Source: Heterodontus francisci
Taxonomy: Eukaryota
Assembly: GCF_036365525.1 (NCBI RefSeq)
Contig: NC_090400.1
Span: forward strand, 42,029,365-42,093,364
Reading direction: 5' to 3'
Length of the DNA: 64,000 nt
In this document: positions 48,001 through 59,200 of the stretch, in pieces
Layout: every line of letters begins with the position of its first letter
How positions within the stretch are numbered: the first letter of the stretch is position 1
The notes under the pieces: model-generated
What the model was told of the DNA's origin: nothing
The model's input: only the letters and a program-made list of their open reading frames with translations
Databases searched by the model: none
Position numbers and translations under genes: made by a program

Positions 48001-50462
48001 ACAGTCTACAGTAGACACAAGTGCACCCTGGAACAAAGAGCTGTCCTGGTAGACAGCTTTGTACAGCTTTTGTTTAATTTATGCTGCAAGTATCATAAAA
48101 AGTTTGAGTTTAACAAGAACACAAGCCAATGCTTTGGACAGTATGTATTGTTCTAACTAACAAATTTCACCTTACACACTTGCAGTACTTTAATTATTTA
48201 AAATCTGCAACCAGTGTTTTAAATGTGGAAGTGGCAAGCCTACACCCACTGATCAGAGCTGGACTAAATATTCCTGAGACCTGAACACAAGAATATTTAA
48301 GGCCCCTTTCACATAACACCTATTCCCCATCCATTAAAACACAAATATAAAAACACAAATGTGAACTGCAGCAGCAAATGTCAGTATTTATACTGTAACT
48401 AAATCAGCCATCTCTGCCCTATCTCCTCCACTTTTGACAGTATTTTAAAATGCGAGAATATTTTGATCCAGTAATTGTATGCAGTTTTTCTGCAATATGG
48501 TGAAATTTACTGCATACAGCTTCACTACTCCCATCATTACAATCACAGAGAACTTCCTTCAATCCCTCATCACCCACATGCCCTTACCTCCTTCTAACTC
48601 CTTTCCTCCTGCATCTGCCTCAGGAAAAAGTCTCTTCCATGTCACTTTCAAATTCCCAACTGCCTACCCTTTCGCTCTCCATTTGCCATAACACTTCTAC
48701 AGTTGTTGATCTGCTCAATCAATTCCTCACCTCCACCTTACCCACCCTCATCCCCTTTCTCTTTTCCAGCCTGATGGTTTCCCAATGTTTGCTTCCTTAA
48801 GTCCAAGGGCACAGACTTAAGTATATCTGGCACACAACTAGTTTAACTCTCCATCACCAGATCTGACTGGACCACATCAATCACTATAAGGCCTGCTCTA
48901 CTCTGCAAAGACAATTTATTACTTCAGGATCTTCCTGAACAACAAAGATAATCTCTGCTTCTTTTCTGCACTACTAACCATCTCCTTAAATCCTCTTTTT
49001 TGCCTGCTCCTCTCTCACCTCCAATAATAATTGAGAGGAGTTCTTGGACTTCTTTCTCAATAAGATTGAAAACATTCATTCAGCTGCCTCTGCCACATCT
49101 CCCCACCTCCACTTCCCTTCCAGACCAAATCTCCTCCAAGGTTTCCCTGCCCTAGCCAGAGACCACATCTTTTTCTAATTTCTCTCCCCATGCCCTCTCT
49201 AAGCTTATCTTATCCATAAGACCCACCTCTTTCTCTCTTGACCCCATTAAAATGCTGACCGCATTGTAAATGATTCCCTCTCCTCAGGTAGTTCCTCTCC
49301 TTCACCATCATCACTCTCCCTCCTCCTGAATAAACCCACCTCCAACCCCTCTGTCGTTGTAAACTACTGTCCCATCTCAAACTTCTCTTTCCCTGCTGAA
49401 GGCCTTATCTGTATTGCACCTCCCAAACCTGTGCCTATCTTTCCAGCAACTCCATGTTTGTATCTCCATAATCAGGCTTTGGCCCCTTTTGCTGTCCTGA
49501 AATAGTCCTAAGCCACAAATGACATCCACTGTGACTATGGTGCATTACCCCTCCTCATTCTTTTCAACCTCTCTCTAGCCTCCGACATGGTCAAGCAGCA
49601 TCTTCCTCCTATGCCTCTCCTCCACCATCCAGCTCAATGGAACTCTCATTGCATGGTTTAACTTACTTATCCCACTGTAGCCAGTGCAGCTCCAGAAATC
49701 TTCCCACCTTTGCACCATTACCTCTATAGTCCTTCAAGGATCTAATCTCAGACGCCTTCAGTTCATCAACAATCTGCCCCTTGGGCAACAACATCTGAAG
49801 ACATGGGGTCAGATTTTGCATGTATGCTGGTGACATCCAGCTCAACATTTCCATTACCACCTCTGTGTTATCAGACTGCTTCTCTGATACTCAATCCTGG
49901 ACAAGCCACAACTTCCTCCAGTTAACCATTGGGAAGACTGAAGTCATCGTCACCGTCCCCAGCTACAAACTCCATTCCCACGCCAATGATTCCACCCCTC
50001 TCCCCAGCTACTGTCTCATGTTGAACCAGACTATTCACAGCTTCAGAGTCATTTATGACCCAGAGCTGAACTTCTAACCTCATATCCTGCCAACCACAAA
50101 GACAACCGACATGCATTACCATAATATTGCTCCTCTCAGTTCCTGCTTTGGTCCATCTGCTGCCAAAACCCTATTTCACGCTTATGTCACAGCCAGATCA
50201 ACTATTCTAATGTTCTCCTGGCTGGCCTCCCTTCATACACCAACTCATTCAAAACTCTGCTGCCTATAACTCATTCTGCACCAAGTCCCGCTCACCCATG
50301 CCCCTCTGCTCGGTGGCTGACATTGGCTCCTGGTCCCACAGTACCTCAAATTTTAATTTCTATCCTTGTGTTCAAATCCCTTCACAGCCTCAACCTTCTT
50401 CATTTTTTCTTATTGTTTTTATATTTCTTATTTATTTTTTTATTTAAGATTAATTATTAATA

Positions 50463-50755
50463 TTACAATACATTGGAAATAAAATGATTGATCTGAAGAG
50501 CACAACAGTGCCAGTTGTGTTCAGGGGACAAGGAGTTGGCATGCAGCTAGCCCAGGCTGCCTTGAACTTTGTGGGAGAGGAGGACTGCAAGGCATGCATT
50601 AGCTTCTGGATTTTGAGGAAATACCTGGAGGAGAATCCACAGCCTCAGTACAAGGAACAGATAGTGAACTGTCAGCACAGGTCATCAGTCCTCTTCACAT
50701 TGGTTTGGAACAAAGGTCCTCAATTTATTATACAGAAAAAAATCAAAAAAAAATC
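50463..50755 (+). pseudogene. natd1: 5'-truncated processed copy of an NATD1-like (GNAT/YjdJ-type acetyltransferase) gene
   Basis: QYIGNKMIDLKSTTVPVVFRGQGVGMQLAQAALNFVGEEDCKACISFWILRKYLEENPQPQY aligns with NATD1 [62 protein letters not shown]; N-terminus absent, no intron, A-rich run at 50735-50753, embedded in L2. Confidence 0.8.
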
Positions 50756-50829
50756 CCTTTATGGTTTAAATTATTATGACCACACATTAAATGAATTATC
50801 ATTTACAGACAAGAATGTATGTATATATT

Positions 50830-51030
50830 AATGACACTGTGGCTGTTGCATATAGCATGGATGCATTTAAGAGAAAGTTAAATAAACACATCAGGAAGGA
50901 AAGAATAGAAGATTGAATTGATAGGTGGTTCGATAAAGGAGGGTGAGAGGAGGCTTGTGTGAAGCATAAACATCGGCGTAGAGCTGTTGGGCCGAATGGC
51001 CTATTTCTGTGCTGCACATTCTATTTAATT
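50830..51030 (+). mobile_element. CR1 3' tail fragment
   Basis: GATGCATTTAAGAGAAAGTTAAATAAACAC...TTGGGCCGAATGGCCTATTTCTGTGCTG. Confidence 0.7.
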
Positions 51031-52204
51031 AAAAGAAAATCTATTTACCTTCTCTCTTTAACACTCTGAGAACTCTGCATTCCTCCAACTCTGGCGCCCC
51101 ACAACTGGCAACCATGCCTTCGGCTATCTAGGCCCAAATGGCTAGAATTCCCTCCCTAAACTTTTCCTCCTTTCCACCCTTCTCTTGTCCTTTAAGGTCC
51201 TCCTTCAAACACACCTCTTTGGCCAAGCTTTGGTTTGATGCTGATTGTTATCCGATTACACTTCTGTGCACCACATTGGGTCATTTTGCTATGTTAAAGA
51301 TGCCCTATAAATGCAAATTATTGTTATTGGTTAAGCCTTTACATTGAGTATGTGCTCACATAAACTTCTAGCAGGCATTCAGTTGGTAAGAACAACAGGG
51401 CATGATGGCCATTTTATTACACCCTAATCCAGAGCACTAAAGCCAGTTGTAATACTGCAACAATGCTCCAGCTACTCATGTTGGTACTTGGTAGCACTTA
51501 CCACTGTGCCGAGGATGCCTTTTCTTGACTTTCTCCTATATGGTACAGCCAGTCACTGAAACTCCCATAGTTCTAACATTCAAAGGAATCCTTGAAAATG
51601 CATTGTCAACATTGAGTTGCCTGCTTCCAAATGCCATTATTAAATTATATGACGTATGTGATATGTGCTGTATATCAGGGTCCCATTTAACACATTTATC
51701 TAGTGGCAATAACAGGCCAAATAATAGTCTCAAGTTAACTATGATATTGGGTCCTCTTACTACATAAGTATTGCATGCAATCGGCCTTGCAATGTGTTTT
51801 TTTTTGTTAATTATTCCCGTTCAATTTTTACCCTCCCTTCCTAGTCACACAGACATTGTCGGGATATGATTCAGCAAATGCTTGCTATCCTCTGGTAGTT
51901 CTTTTCAGTGATCATTCTTTATGTGTGAGCCTAGATTGTGTGTTGGAAGGCTATTTAATCATGGAAGGGGTCCAGCAGAAATCACAAGTTAGTTTTTTTT
52001 TTATTTGTTCATGCGATGTGGGCATCGTTGGCTAGGCCAGAATTTATTGCAAATCCCTAATTGCCCTTGAGAAGGTGGCGGTGAGATGACTTTTTCATAA
52101 TCAGTGATCATAAGTGAGAGCGGCAAGATTTTTCTCCATGTGAAGCAGATTTTTCCTTATAAACTCAGGGCAATTGTAGTGTAAATATTTTAAATTTAGA
52201 GTTT

Positions 52205-52482
52205 GTGTTATGGTTAGCACTGCAGCCTCACAGCTCCAGGGACCTGGGTTCAATTCTGGGTACTGCCTGTGCGGTGTTTGAAAGTTCTCCCTGTGACCGC
52301 GTGGGTTTTCGTCGGGTGCTCTGGTTTCCTCCCACTGCCAAAGACTTGCAGGTGATAGGTAAATTGGCCATTGTAAATTGCCCCTACTGTAGGTAGGGGG
52401 TAGGGAATATGGGATTACTGTAGGGTTAGTACAGACTCGGTGGGCCGAAGGGCCTGTTTCAGTGCTGTATCTCTAAATAAAT
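52205..52482 (+). mobile_element. HE1-type SINE, slightly truncated and internally deleted
   Basis: TGGTTAGCACTGCAGCCTCACAGCTCCAGG...GCTGTATCTCTAAATAAA. Confidence 0.9.
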
Positions 52483-53029
52483 GTGTGAAACACTACTTCT
52501 GAGATGTTTAGTTTTTTTATGCCTCTGAGGCTGCTGCCAATATAGAATAGCATATCAAAAATGCTCGGTGTAACATGACAGGGTGACACCCCAATGGAAA
52601 ATTTATCTAAATTAGTCTTCCACTGAAAATCATTGAAACTAAACAAAGGCAAATTCAATTTCAACTAGTGCTGTCCCATGGGTCTTGGGATCCAAGCAAT
52701 GATACAAGATAAATTAGTACAACTTCAGGATAAGATGGTGAACTTGAATAACTAAAATGGAATCATTTCACATAATCTCCACTATTGACATCCACTTGAG
52801 CACAGCAACATAAAATTGTAATATGTGGTGCCAGAAACAACAGCGTAATGTATTTTCCCATCTTAATTCACTGATTTAAAGCTGGCCTGTTTCTGCTGAT
52901 ATGTATCCATTTGAGTTCTTAAATGAGTTTGCATTTTCATTTTGTATATGCAACACTGGCCTGGATTTTGTAGTCAGTTATGAATGAATGATGTCAGCCG
53001 TTCATTGTACTTACACTTGCCCGCATACA

Positions 53030-54822
53030 TTTGCTGGGTGTGTACTACAGGCCTCCAAACAGTCAGGGAGAGATAGAGGAGCAGATATGTAGGCAAATCT
53101 CAGAGAGGTGTAAAAATAATAGGGTAATAATAGTAGGGGATTTCAACTTCCCCAATATTAACTGGGATAGTCTTTGTGCAAAAGGCTTAAAGGGAGCAGA
53201 ATTCTTAAAGTGCTTCCAGGAGAGCTTTTTGAGCCAGCGCATAAAAAGTCCTACAAGAGAAGGGGTGATACTAGACCTAATCTTAGGGAATGAAGACAGA
53301 CAAATGGTAGAAGTGTCAGTGGGGGTGCATTTCGGGAATAGTGACCATAACTCTGTAAGATTTAAGGTAGCTATGGAAAAGAACAAAGATGGACCTGAAA
53401 TAATGGATAGAGGATTGGCTAACCAACAGAAAACAGAGAGTCGGGATAAATGGGTCCTTTTCTGGTTGGCAAGATGTAACTAGTGGGGTGCCACAGGGTT
53501 CAGTCCTCGGGCCCCAACTATTTACAATCTATATTAATGACTTGGATGCAGGGATAGAAAGTACCATAGCCAAATTTGCAGATGACATTAAAATAGGTGG
53601 AATAGTAAGTTGCAATAAAGAAATAACAAATTTACAAATGGATATGGATAGGTTCGGTGAATGGGCCAAAATTTGGCAAATGGAGTTTAACATGGATAAG
53701 TGTGAGGTTATCCATTTTGTTTGGAAGAATAGAAAGGCAAATTATTATCTAAATGGAGAGAAACTGCAGAGTGCAGAGGGATCTGGGTGCCCTAGTGCAT
53801 GAATCACTGAAAACTAGTATGCAGGTGCAGCAGGTAATAAGGAAGGCAAATGGAATTTTGGCATTTATTGCTAAAGGAATAGAATATAAAAGTAGAGAAG
53901 CGTTGCTGCAACTGTACAAGGCATTAGTGAGACCGCACCTGGAGTATTGCGTACAGTTTTGGTCCCCTTACTTGAGGAGGGATGTAGTTGCATTGGAGAC
54001 AGTTCAGAGCCAGTTCACTAGATTGATTCCAGAAAGGAGGGGTTTGTCTTATGAAGAGAGATTGAGCAGTTTAGGCCTTTACTCTCTAGAGTTTAGAAGA
54101 ATGAGAGGAGATCTAATTGAGGTATACAAGATGGTTAAGGGTATTGACAAAGTAGACGTAGAGAGGATGTTTCCTCTACTGGGGCAATCTAGAACAAGAG
54201 GTCATAGTTTTAGGATAAGGGGTAGCAGATTTAAAACAGAGATGAGGAGAAATTACTTCTCTCAAAGGGTCGTAAATCTGTGGAATTCACTACCCCAGAG
54301 TGCTGTGGATGCCAGGACATTGAGTAAATGTAAGGAGGAGATAGATTTTTAATTAGTTAAGGGTTGAAGGGTTATGGAGAACGGGCAGGACAGTGGAGTT
54401 GAGGCCGAGATGAGATCAGCCATGATCGTATTGATTGGCGGAGCAGGCGCAAGGGGCTGAATTGCCTACTTCTGCTCCTAGTTCTTATGTTCTTAAAGGT
54501 ACTGAATTGGGGGAAGGCCGATTTCAATTTGATAAAACAGGATCTGGCCAAAGTGGACTGGGAGCAGCTATTTGTAGGAAAGTCTACATCAGACCAGTGG
54601 GAGTCATTCAAAAAGGAAATAGTGAGAGTTCAGAGCCAACATGTTCCCGTAAAGGTGAAGGGTAGGACCAACAAGTCCAGAGAACCCTGGATGTCAGGAG
54701 ATATAGAGGATTGGATAAAGAAAAAAAAGGCTTCCGGCAGATTCAGAGGGCTGAAAACAGCGGCGGTCCTAGAGAAGTATAGGAAGTGTAGGGGGGTACT
54801 TAAAGTAATTAGGAGAGCGAAG
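53030..54822 (+). mobile_element. CR1 endonuclease-region fragment (53030-53403 plus 54494-54822)
   Basis: LGVYYRPPNSQ...IIVGDFNFP...SDHNSV...KDGPEI resumes as KVLNWGKADF after the inner insertion; same family and region as 500-1240. Confidence 0.88.
53404..54493 (+). mobile_element. 5'-truncated CR1 (RT and 3' tail) nested in the previous CR1
   Basis: [33 protein letters not shown]; tail CTCCTAGTTCTTATGTTCT; TAA present at both junctions. Confidence 0.93.
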
Positions 54823-55789
54823 TGGGTATCTATGATGTAAGTACTGCAATGTCATGTCCTTCCACGAGTTTCAATGTCAAGTCTCTCTGTGAGATACCAG
54901 CACAGCAGAGCTTCTGGAGGAGCAGGACCACTTGCACAGCAACTTCCTGATTTCTGCATTTGACTGCCCGTGTGTGGTTGCTGGAAGTTGCTGTCCAAAT
55001 TACACTTCAATAACAGTGAACGCTGATAGCCTCGGTTATTTTTACCTCAAAATCCAGGCCATTGTTTATTTTCACTAAAACAAGATTATTTTTATTTGAA
55101 GAACTGAAATTGCTAACATCATTCTGATAGTTAATCAATTGCTTATAGAGGTTTCAGTATTTACATTTTTAAAACCCTCAAATCTTAGTGCTCTAATATA
55201 GTGGGTTAAATATTGCTGTGGAGTATTTTGAACAACTTGGGGATTTCATAAATTTACAACAGTAGTGTGGATTGTTTGTCTATGCTCTCAAAACATATTG
55301 TCCAGGGGCAGAACACTGTGCATGTGAATATTCTATGTATATAAAATTGCAGCCTTAGCTATTCAGTGAAAATCCAAACACCTAATTTTATATAGTAATC
55401 CTTTTCAGGTATATAGGCCGTGTGATAATACCAGTTGAAAGCTAACCATGTTTGTCCAATATTTCTTCCTCTCTGTTACTTTACCAGCAACAGTTATTCT
55501 AAATGGGCTAACTGAAATAGCAGAGGGGGGAAATTTCAAACAAACGTTAGCAATAGTTTGCTAGCATCCCATGGTATAATTTCAGGGTCAGTATTTTCAA
55601 ATAAACCATATTGTGTTCCAAGTTATTTTCTGTTAACAAACTGTATTAAACACAGTTTTGTTTCACATTTTTAGCTAAAGGTTATTCACGCATATACTGG
55701 ACATGCAGATTTTAATCTTTCTGCTCATACCCCAGGACAGAGTTGAAACAGAAATCCATGGGATCAACCATAAACAATGAGATGTTGGC

Positions 55790-55870
55790 ATTCAGTATCT
55801 GCTGCTCACTAGACCACGAATCAGACTCGCTCACTTCTCACTTTCTATTCAATGGTTGACTATAAATAGC
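55790..55870 (+). promoter_or_regulatory. cryba1 promoter: TATA box and SOX-like site
   Basis: TATAAATAG at 55861-55869; CTATTCAATGG (55845-55855; reverse CATTGAAT); weak TGCTGCTCA at ~55800. Confidence 0.65.
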
Positions 55871-55889
55871 AGAGATGAAACTCAACACA

Positions 55890-55928
55890 GAATCGTTTTT
55901 GGAACCTACCCCATACAGCTCGGCTCTG
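55890..55928 (+). other. cryba1: cryba1 exon 1 (open, in frame with exon 2; start codon uncertain)
   Basis: Donor CTG|GTAAGT at 55928/55929; begins ~30 nt after TATA; reads LEPTPYSSAL in frame with exon 2 DKNLQTTSM. Confidence 0.7.
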
Positions 55929-56188
55929 GTAAGTTGATTGTTTCTCATTTTTATTTCATTCCAATTTAATTTCAATTTCCTCTAATTTGCCTCAATTTGT
56001 TTGACATTTATTTCTGCTTCGTAAATTACTCCATTGCACCAATTTAGCTAGATATATTGGAACATTATAAAGGCTGTGGCCAAGCTTTTAATGTATAAAA
56101 TGTTGATAAATTTCTAAAAGCTGTCACCTTGTGAAGAGAAATTGTGCCATTTGACTTCTTTTAGGATAAAAACCTCCAAACTACAAGC

Positions 56189-56221
56189 ATGGCGCAAACA
56201 AACCCCGCAGGAATTTTCAAG
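56189..56221 (+). CDS. cryba1: cryba1 exon 2 coding part (exon starts at 56165)
   Basis: Acceptor TTCTTTTAG at 56164; strong Kozak AGCATGG; [11 protein letters not shown]|GTACTG. Confidence 0.9.
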
Positions 56222-59200
56222 GTACTGTTTACTTTTCTAGAATATTTAATCAGAATTGAAACTTTTGCTTTTGTTTATCGCTCTTTTTCCTGAATATCAT
56301 GAGAAGAGTAAAAATTGTGATTATTGCAGATTACTGCTTATGATCAAGAAAATTTCCAGGGCAAGAGGATGGAATTTACTGCATCCTGCAAGAATATTAT
56401 GGATTGCGGTTTTGACAATATTCGATCCATCAAAGTTGATTGCGGAGTGTGAGTCAACAGCCTTTACATATTTTTAGAACAAAAAATGCAGCCTTAACCG
56501 TTACTGTCGAACTTATTCCAAAACAAACCTTATCAAGCTTAATTAAAATGCAATCATCGATTTTTTTTAAATTCCACTGTCATTTGCAAATTAAAGTAAT
56601 CAGCTCACAAAATTTTTTTTTTTACCCTTACACACTTTCATACAAATCAGTATTGCTGATGTTCATTTGCTGTCAACACAGCTTGGCTAATTGAGACACT
56701 GATAACATAGGAGGGAATTCGATCAGCTTCATATGTGTTTCTGATCTAAAATAAGTACCAATGTATTTAGAGTGCAGTTACACTGCTACTTTTGTTTTGA
56801 TGCAAAGCAGTTTCCACATGGCAGTGACACACTAAAGCTGGGGGAGTGAAAGCACCTCGCGCTGGGGTCTCACGCCCAATTTGCAATGGTCAGGTGACAA
56901 TATAATTCAAGCCTGCCTTAGTTCAGGCATACAGCCGGAAACTTTTTTTGCCTCTATTATTAAGTATATCACAGATTTTCAAATTAGTTTGCATAACACA
57001 CACATCTATACATGAATGTGCACATCTCTCACCAATATCCATGGTGTGTGCATGTGGTGAGGCCTAAAATTGTCTTTCCTTCTGCAAAAGAAATGTAAGA
57101 GCTGAGTGACAGTTAACTCTGGTCTATCAACCCACTGCACATACACTTGTCTTGATCTCAGGACAGTACGGCCTGGAGTTTCCTCCTTGGGTGCAACCCA
57201 GAAGGTAGACCTAAAAATGTGCCCAATGTTGTGCCCATTTTGCCAATGTCAAGTTATGCAAAAGTATCCTTCCAATCTCATTAGAATATGTCCAAACTTT
57301 AAATGGGCATAAAGCATCATAAACAATCACTGCCCAAGGAAATGCTGAACCCACACCAGTATAATTCAATTAATTGAACCATCATTCAAGCGCATCAAGC
57401 TCAGCACATCCAGGAACCTGCAATCGAGGAGATTTTGCAATTTTTAATCTAATTTATACTTTTTCCATAAGAATGCATCAAAAGAAAACAGAAAATACAG
57501 AAGGCCTCAGTGAAGGAATTTTTTTCTCAAAGCATACAAAAATTGCAATTAAAAGACCAGAAAAATTACTTTGTTTCCTGCTGTGCTTGAAAATGTGGTC
57601 ACATGTCGACAGATCCCCTAACCCATCAACCAAGTACATTTGAGAGTCAGGATTGTGGCCCGTTTTGTGGGCGGAGATTTGTTCAGATGTAGGGTTTGAT
57701 GGACGGAAGTAAAAGATCAAGGAAATTTGGCCGTATTGAATTTGTGCGGTATAATTATTGCCAGCTTAGTGGGCAGGTCTCGGTAACAGCTGTAGGGCTG
57801 AGTTGGGTCATGGTTTCAGACTGAGGCAGAAGCATGTGACTCATATTCTGGATGGCAAGAAGCACAGGCCAACACTGCGAGATTCAGGCACATACTCAAG
57901 TCTTTAAAGCAATTATTCTGAGAACAAGTCTATAATCTCAGAGCTTGCTCATCAAGAGGAACTCAATCAGTTTTAGATAGTTTAAAAGTCTCACGTTAAC
58001 TATTGCTGCAGAGATGAACTCAATAGAAGTTGCACTGCTCCCTGAAGATTCTCTTTGGGGAAGCAGTTGCTTCTCAGCAAATTCAGGCCACTGCTTATAT
58101 TTACTGCATCGCTGTGTAGATGTAGTGACCTTGCTGATGAATGAATCAGCAAATTATTGCTAATAGATAATGTTAGGAATTATTTGTGTTTCTCAATTTT
58201 AACATAGGGTGAGAGTGTAACAATGTCTATTTTTGAAAAGTTGACATGAAAGCTATTTTCTTCTTGTAGGTGGGCTGGTTATGAACATTCCAGCTTCTTT
58301 GGGCAACAATTTATTCTGGAGAAAGGCGAGTACCCTCGCTGGGATGCCTGGAGTGGCAGCAATGCTTACCACACTGAGAGACTCATGTCCTTCCGCCCCA
58401 TTTGCTCTGCTGTAAGTTGGTTCACTATTCAGTATCTCTAGGGCTTGATGCTAGCACAGCACATACTTCACATAACTGACAATGCAACATATATCACCAA
58501 ATAAGGTAATGTTACTCATTAACAGAAGTTTATACGGTTAATCTTCTTGGTACCTCATCACTATGCCAGCTTTCAGAAACTGAATTATCATAGAATGGTT
58601 ACAGCACAGAAGAAGGCCATTCAGCCCATCTTGCCCATGTGGCTCTCTGCAAGAGCAGCTCTGCCACTCCCCCACCCTTTCCCTGTAGCTCAGCAATTGT
58701 GTTCTCTTCAGGTGCTTATCCAATTCCCTTTTGAAAGCCACAACTGAATCTGCTTCCATCACACTCTCAGGCAGTGCATTCCAGATCCGAACCACTCGCT
58801 GCGTAAAGAAGTTTTTCCTCAGCTTGCCGTTGCTTCTTTTGCCAATCACCTTAAATGGGTGTCCTCTGGTCCTCGAACCATCCGCCAACAGAAACAGTTT
58901 CTCCGTATCTACTCTGTCTGGACCCCTCATGATTTGGAACACCTCTATCAAATCTCCTCTCAACCTTCTCTTCTCCAAGGAGAACAACCCCAGCTTCTCC
59001 AATCTATCCTCATACTCCAGTTGAGGCCAAACCAGTGTTTTATAAAGGTTCATCCTAACTTCCTTGCTTTTGTACTCCATGTATCTATTTATAAAGCCTA
59101 GGATCCCAGATGTCTTTTTAACCACTAGCACAGAGACATGGAAAGGGATCTGGAAATAATGGTAGAGTAATGTCATTGTCAATATCTGAGTGTTGCAATA

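Larger units (their letters stand above)
48520..51330 (+). mobile_element. Old L2 LINE (ORF2 to 3' tail), pieces ~48520-50400 and ~51060-51330
   Basis: C/T-rich; ORF 49820-50077 MYAGDIQL...WTSHNFLQLTIGKTEVI...VIYDPELNF; tail TATAAATGCAAATTATTGTTATTG. Confidence 0.85.
52958..55060. mobile_element. Harbinger-type MITE enclosing nested CR1 sequence
   Basis: Perfect 13-bp TIR GGCCTGGATTTTG / CAAAATCCAGGCC; flanks ACT/ATT. Confidence 0.8.
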
